The position numbers and the translations under genes are program-made. Source: Thalassobaculum sp. (GTDB lineage Bacteria; Pseudomonadota; Alphaproteobacteria; Thalassobaculales; Thalassobaculaceae). Taken from it: 64,000 nt of DNA. Location of the stretch: positions 214,717 through 278,716 of the forward strand of contig NZ_JAVJSE010000029.1 of NCBI RefSeq assembly GCF_040219615.1, in the 5' to 3' direction. Below, piece after piece: positions 60,378-64,000 of the stretch. Within the stretch, counting starts at the first letter, position 1; every line of letters begins with the position of its first letter. The notes beneath the pieces are model-generated. The model was not told the origin of the DNA. It saw only the letters and a list, made by a program, of their open reading frames with translations, and made no database searches.

Positions 60378-61013
60378 TCAGTGCGGGTGGCCCTCGACGA
60401 CGGCGTCCCGGGCGCTGCGCGACCGCCGGAGCAGGAACAGCCCGGCAGCGATGCCATAGACGGCCAATCCGGCCACGACGAACACCCAGCTCGGGATCGC
60501 GACCGGCCGCACCGCGGTGACTCCGGCGGCCGATGCCACCGCGTCGGCGCTGCTGCCGCCGGCAACCACCAGCAGCATCTCCACGGTGCCGGCCTCGTCG
60601 CCGATCGTGTAGGCGATCTCGACGTCGTTGCGGCCACCGCCGAGGACCACTTCCCCGGTGACATAGACACCCGGCGCGATCTCGGACATCGCCTCGGGCA
60701 GGAAGTTGATGTTCGCTTCGACCTCGGCGCCCGCCACCGGCTCCGCGGTGGCGAAGTCCTCGACGAACAGCGCCAGCCTCGGCCGGTCGAACTTCGGTCG
60801 CTGGATATTGCCGAAGAACTGGAACTTGCGGTCCTCGAACAGCTGCCGGTTCGCGTAGACCAGCACGAACTGCCGGGTCCCGACCCGCGCCTCGGCCCGC
60901 GGGGCGACCGTGATCGCCTTGGGGCCGCCGTGGTCGCCGGCCGCCCATACTCCCTGCAGTGGTGCCAACGACAGGACGACCGTCGCGCAGGCCAATCTCA
61001 AAAATCCGATCAT
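60378..61013 (-). CDS. Hypothetical periplasmic protein with signal peptide and C-terminal TM anchor
   Basis: Start at MIGFLRL. Cleavage-like site VWA/AGDHGG. C-terminal TM WVFVVAGLAVYGIAAGLFLL and a tail ending GHPH. Confidence 0.55.
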   Translation of the reverse strand: MIGFLRLACATVVLSLAPLQGVWAAGDHGGPKAITVAPRAEARVGTRQFVLVYANRQLFEDRKFQFFGNIQRPKFDRPRLALFVEDFATAEPVAGAEVEANINFLPEAMSEIAPGVYVTGEVVLGGGRNDVEIAYTIGDEAGTVEMLLVVAGGSSADAVASAAGVTAVRPVAIPSWVFVVAGLAVYGIAAGLFLLRRSRSARDAVVEGHPH

Positions 61014-61110
61014 CGGAATCCGTGAATGCAGCCGTTTGAACGACAGAATACCGCACTCACCCCTGCACACAAACCCCGATGACGAAATCGACACACCCCG
61101 GAAAACATCG

Positions 61111-61139
61111 GTTCCGCCGACCGCTTGTGCGGCTATGCT
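61111..61139 (+). promoter_or_regulatory. Promoter-like GTTCCG-N17-TATGCT upstream of SBP gene 1
   Basis: Ends exactly 70 nt before ATG 61209. A matching element sits at the same offset before the paralog. Confidence 0.3.
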
Positions 61140-61208
61140 TAATGCGGTTGGATTGTGTACCCACATCTCCTGCTTGAGTGTGGTTAGTCGTTCGGGAGGG
61201 TTGCTTAT

Positions 61209-62144
61209 ATGAGACGTTTGTTATTTGGGACCATCGGCCTCGCGTTGATCGTCGCGGCGCCGCAGGCAGCGGACGCCAAGCTGAAGGTGTTCGCCTGCTT
61301 CCCGGAATGGGAGGCGTTGACCAAAGAGATCGGCGGCTCTTCCGTCGAGGTCTTCACGGCCGTCTCGCCGCTGGTGAACCCGGACCACGTCACCGTGACG
61401 CCGGAGCTGCTGGCCTTCCTCAAGACCGCCGACCTGCTGGTCTGCACCGGCGGCGGCTTCGAGGACGAATGGCTGCCTGCGGCCCTCGCCCGGGTACAGA
61501 ATCCGAAGCTGGCCGAGGGTCAGAACGGCCGGTTCTTTGCCGGCGACTTCGTCGAGACGCTGGAGGACGACCACCACGACGAGGGCGAGAAGAAGGAGGA
61601 AGGCCACCTGCACGAGGGCGGCAATCCGCACATCCAGGGCGATCCGTACCGGATCAGGACGCTCGGCGGCCAGCTCGGCAAGCGCATGATCGACATCGAC
61701 CAGGCCGATGCCGCCGTGTACTCGGCGAACACCAAGAAATTCGTCAAGGAACTCGGGGAGCTCACCAAGGAACTCGAGAAAAAAGCAGCTGCGTTGCAGG
61801 GCGTCAACATCGTCGCCCAGCATGAGCATTCGGTCTATCTGCTGGCCTGGCTCAAGATCCACAGCGCCGGCATCGTCGAACCCGAAGTCGGCATACCCCC
61901 GGGGCCGGGGGACCTGGCGCGGATCATCGAACAAGTCCCGCGGGACAACGTGAAGTTCGTCATTCACGCCGCCTACGAGGATCCGCGACCGTCGAAATAC
62001 GTCACCGACCGTGCCGGCATTCCGCTGGTGAAGGTTCCGTTCACGGTCGGCGGGACCGAGGCCGGCGGCCCCACCTTCGCCGCGTTCTACCGCGATTCGG
62101 TCGACCGGCTGCTGGACGGTCTCGCCGGCAAGGACCGGCCCTGA
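61209..62144 (+). CDS. Metal (Zn/Mn-type) ABC transporter substrate-binding protein, ZnuA/TroA-like, copy 1
   Basis: Signal peptide. His-rich loop DDHHDEGEKKEEGHLHEGGNPHIQGDP. 311 aa. Confidence 0.75.
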   Translation: MRRLLFGTIGLALIVAAPQAADAKLKVFACFPEWEALTKEIGGSSVEVFTAVSPLVNPDHVTVTPELLAFLKTADLLVCTGGGFEDEWLPAALARVQNPKLAEGQNGRFFAGDFVETLEDDHHDEGEKKEEGHLHEGGNPHIQGDPYRIRTLGGQLGKRMIDIDQADAAVYSANTKKFVKELGELTKELEKKAAALQGVNIVAQHEHSVYLLAWLKIHSAGIVEPEVGIPPGPGDLARIIEQVPRDNVKFVIHAAYEDPRPSKYVTDRAGIPLVKVPFTVGGTEAGGPTFAAFYRDSVDRLLDGLAGKDRP

Positions 62145-62150
62145 CGCACC

Positions 62151-62184
62151 GGCGGGCAGGTCCATCGGCGCGGACCTGCCCGCC
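62151..62184 (+). terminator. Perfect 13-bp stem hairpin after SBP gene 1
   Basis: GGCGGGCAGGTCC-ATCGGCGC-GGACCTGCCCGCC starts 7 nt after the stop. Confidence 0.55.
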
Positions 62185-62286
62185 TACGGGAGAGGCGCCG
62201 CGGACGGCACGCCTCGGCAGCGTCCGCGGCCCCACCCGCCACCGGCGGCTGTGGCTGTCGAAAACGACAGACGCATCAGATCGGCG

Positions 62287-62315
62287 GTTTCGTTCACGGC
62301 CTAACTCGTTATGCT
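62287..62315 (+). promoter_or_regulatory. Promoter-like GTTTCG-N17-TATGCT upstream of SBP gene 2
   Basis: Ends exactly 70 nt before ATG 62385, mirroring 61111-61139. Confidence 0.3.
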
Positions 62316-62384
62316 GGCTAGACTTGCGGACTTCCGTCCGACCATGCGCTTCGTGAGAGCGCCGGGCCCGGGAGGGGCGACGAA

Positions 62385-63323
62385 ATGAGAGGATTGCTGG
62401 CCGGGACCCTCGGCATGCTGCTGGCAGCGACAGCGCCGCAGGAGGCAGAGGCCAAGCTCACGGTCGTCGCCTGTTTCCCGGAATGGGCGGAACTGGCCCG
62501 GGAGATCGGCGGGCCGGCCGTCGAAGTGTTCGCCGCTTCGGCACCGGGCAGCAACCCCGACCAGATCTCGGTCACGCCCGAACTCCTGGCGTCCCTGAAG
62601 ACCGCGGATCTTCTCGTCTGCCCCGGCGGCGGCTACGAGGACGACTGGCTCAACCCGGCGCTCGATCGGATCGGGAATCCGAAACTCGCCGACGGACAGC
62701 CCGGACGGTTCTTCGCGTCCGACTTCATCGCCCCGCTGAAGGACGACCATCACAATCATGCGGGTCCGCCGAAGCCGCACGATCACATGCACCCGACCGG
62801 CAACCCGCACATGCAGGGCGACCCGTACCGGATGCGGACGCTCGGCGGCCAGCTCGCGAAGCGCATGATCGAGATCGACCCGTCGGCCGCCGCGACCTAT
62901 TCGGCCAATGCCCGGGCCTTCGTGAAGGAGATCGGCGCGCTCGCCAAGGAACTGGAGAAGAAGGCGGCCCCGCTGCGCGGGATCAACGTGGTGACCCAGC
63001 ACGAGAACGCCGTCTATCTGCTGAACTGGCTGAAGATGCGGAGTGCGGCGGTGATCGAGCCGCAGGTCGGCCTGCCGCCGGGGCCGGGCGATCTCGCGCG
63101 GATCATCGAACTGGTGCCGACCGACAACGTGAAATTCGTCGTCCACGCCGCCTACGAGGACTCGAAGCCGTCGCAGTACATCGCCGGGCGCACGGGCATT
63201 CCGATCGTGAACCTGCCGTTCACGGTCGGCGGGACCGCGGGCGGCGGGCCGACCTTCACGGAATTCTATCGCGACACGGTCGAGCGGCTGCTCGACGGGC
63301 TGGCCGGCAATGACCGGCCTTGA
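62385..63323 (+). CDS. Metal ABC transporter substrate-binding protein, ZnuA/TroA-like, copy 2 (paralog of 61209-62144)
   Basis: Collinear with copy 1 over the full length. Loop KDDHHNHAGPPKPHDHMHPTGNPHMQGDP. GGGAGGGG RBS. Confidence 0.75.
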   Translation: MRGLLAGTLGMLLAATAPQEAEAKLTVVACFPEWAELAREIGGPAVEVFAASAPGSNPDQISVTPELLASLKTADLLVCPGGGYEDDWLNPALDRIGNPKLADGQPGRFFASDFIAPLKDDHHNHAGPPKPHDHMHPTGNPHMQGDPYRMRTLGGQLAKRMIEIDPSAAATYSANARAFVKEIGALAKELEKKAAPLRGINVVTQHENAVYLLNWLKMRSAAVIEPQVGLPPGPGDLARIIELVPTDNVKFVVHAAYEDSKPSQYIAGRTGIPIVNLPFTVGGTAGGGPTFTEFYRDTVERLLDGLAGNDRP

Positions 63324-64000
63324 CCTCCAGGTAATGGGGCCGGCCCTGGTCGCCGGCCTGCTCGTCCTGGCGACGCATGTGCCGCTGGGCGGCATCGTGC
63401 TCAACCGCGGGATCATCTTCATCGACATCGCGCTGGCCCAGGTCGCGGCGACCGGCGTGGTGTTCGGCACGATGATGTGGGGTCCGGACATAAACGACTG
63501 GATCGTGCAGGCCAGCGCCGTCGGCGCCGCCCTCGCCTGCGCCGCCTTCCTGGTCTGGACCGACAAGCGGTTTCCGGCCGTCCAGGAGGCCATCATCGGG
63601 GTGGCCTACGTCTCGGCCGCGGCGGTCCAGCTGATGATGCTGGCAGCCAACCCGAGCGGCGCCGAACACCTCAAGAAGCTGCTGATCGGGCAGATCCTGT
63701 GGGTGACGCCGATGCAGCTCCTCGGGGTCGGCCTGGTCTACGCAGTCGTCCTGGCGCTCTGGTACTACCGCGACCTGCAGCGCGAGCGGATCCTGTTCTA
63801 CATCGCCTTCGCAATCGTCATCACGCTGTCGGTGCAGATCGTCGGCATCCTGCTGGTGTTCGCGTCGCTGATCGTCCCGGCGCTGGCGGCGCGCGGGGCG
63901 CCGGCGCCGCTGCGGCCGGTGATCGCCTTCAACATCGGTGCCGCCGGGTACCTCGCCGGCATTGTGGCCTCGGCCCTGTTCAACACGCCGACGGGCGCGA
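63310..64000 (+). CDS. Metal ABC transporter permease (ABC-3/ZnuB-like), 3' end outside window
   Basis: My own translation from ATG 63310 has no stop up to the window end. Hydrophobic, with LIGQILWVTP and SLIVPALAA motifs. Overlaps the SBP stop by 14 nt. Confidence 0.6.
   Translation, partial: MTGLDLQVMGPALVAGLLVLATHVPLGGIVLNRGIIFIDIALAQVAATGVVFGTMMWGPDINDWIVQASAVGAALACAAFLVWTDKRFPAVQEAIIGVAYVSAAAVQLMMLAANPSGAEHLKKLLIGQILWVTPMQLLGVGLVYAVVLALWYYRDLQRERILFYIAFAIVITLSVQIVGILLVFASLIVPALAARGAPAPLRPVIAFNIGAAGYLAGIVASALFNTPTGA

Overview
High-GC DNA (upper 60s % by eye), most likely chromosomal and from an alphaproteobacterium. The taxon is an inference from the Ros/MucR regulator, a bacterial homospermidine synthase, yciB-dusA and an ExbB-ExbD-ExbD-TonB set. 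I call about 59 protein-coding genes plus one interrupted gene. I found no rRNA, tRNA, CRISPR array, integrase or transposase. Content in order: (1) tail of an iron ABC importer; (2) a secreted protein, a hybrid kinase and a REC-Hpt relay protein; (3) an FAD oxidoreductase interrupted by an in-frame TGA; (4) MFS permease, yciB, dusA and a cysteine hydrolase; (5) mucR with an AT-rich leader; (6) adenine deaminase and homospermidine synthase; (7) a serine hydrolase, a voltage-sensor-type K+ channel and a class IV aminotransferase; (8) a lower-GC methyltransferase cassette; (9) a LysR regulator, an MttB-family methyltransferase and an StcD-like flavoprotein; (10) a lone HNH nuclease islet; (11) GNAT, serine hydrolase and CoA transferase; (12) TonB-ExbD-ExbD-ExbB with a divergent ECF sigma factor; (13) the bkd E1a-E1b-E2-E3 operon; (14) a YbhP/ClsB-like pair; (15) a GntR regulator, an acyl-CoA dehydrogenase, two family III CoA transferases and a MaoC hydratase; (16) a UxaA-family dehydratase and a VOC protein; (17) higBA, acr3 and an arsR-arsC fusion; (18) a Cache/PAS hybrid kinase; (19) a DUF3604-like protein and a racemase; (20) an orphan HlyD-type adaptor operon; (21) two tandem paralogous metal-binding SBPs and a permease. 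The most distinctive non-genic signal is a family of at least 9 nested-palindromic intergenic elements of about 130-165 bp. These sit just after stop codons and are oriented with transcription. One element is split by a methyltransferase cassette bounded by a perfect 86-bp direct repeat. All functional calls come from reading the translated ORFs and remembered family motifs; no database search was possible.
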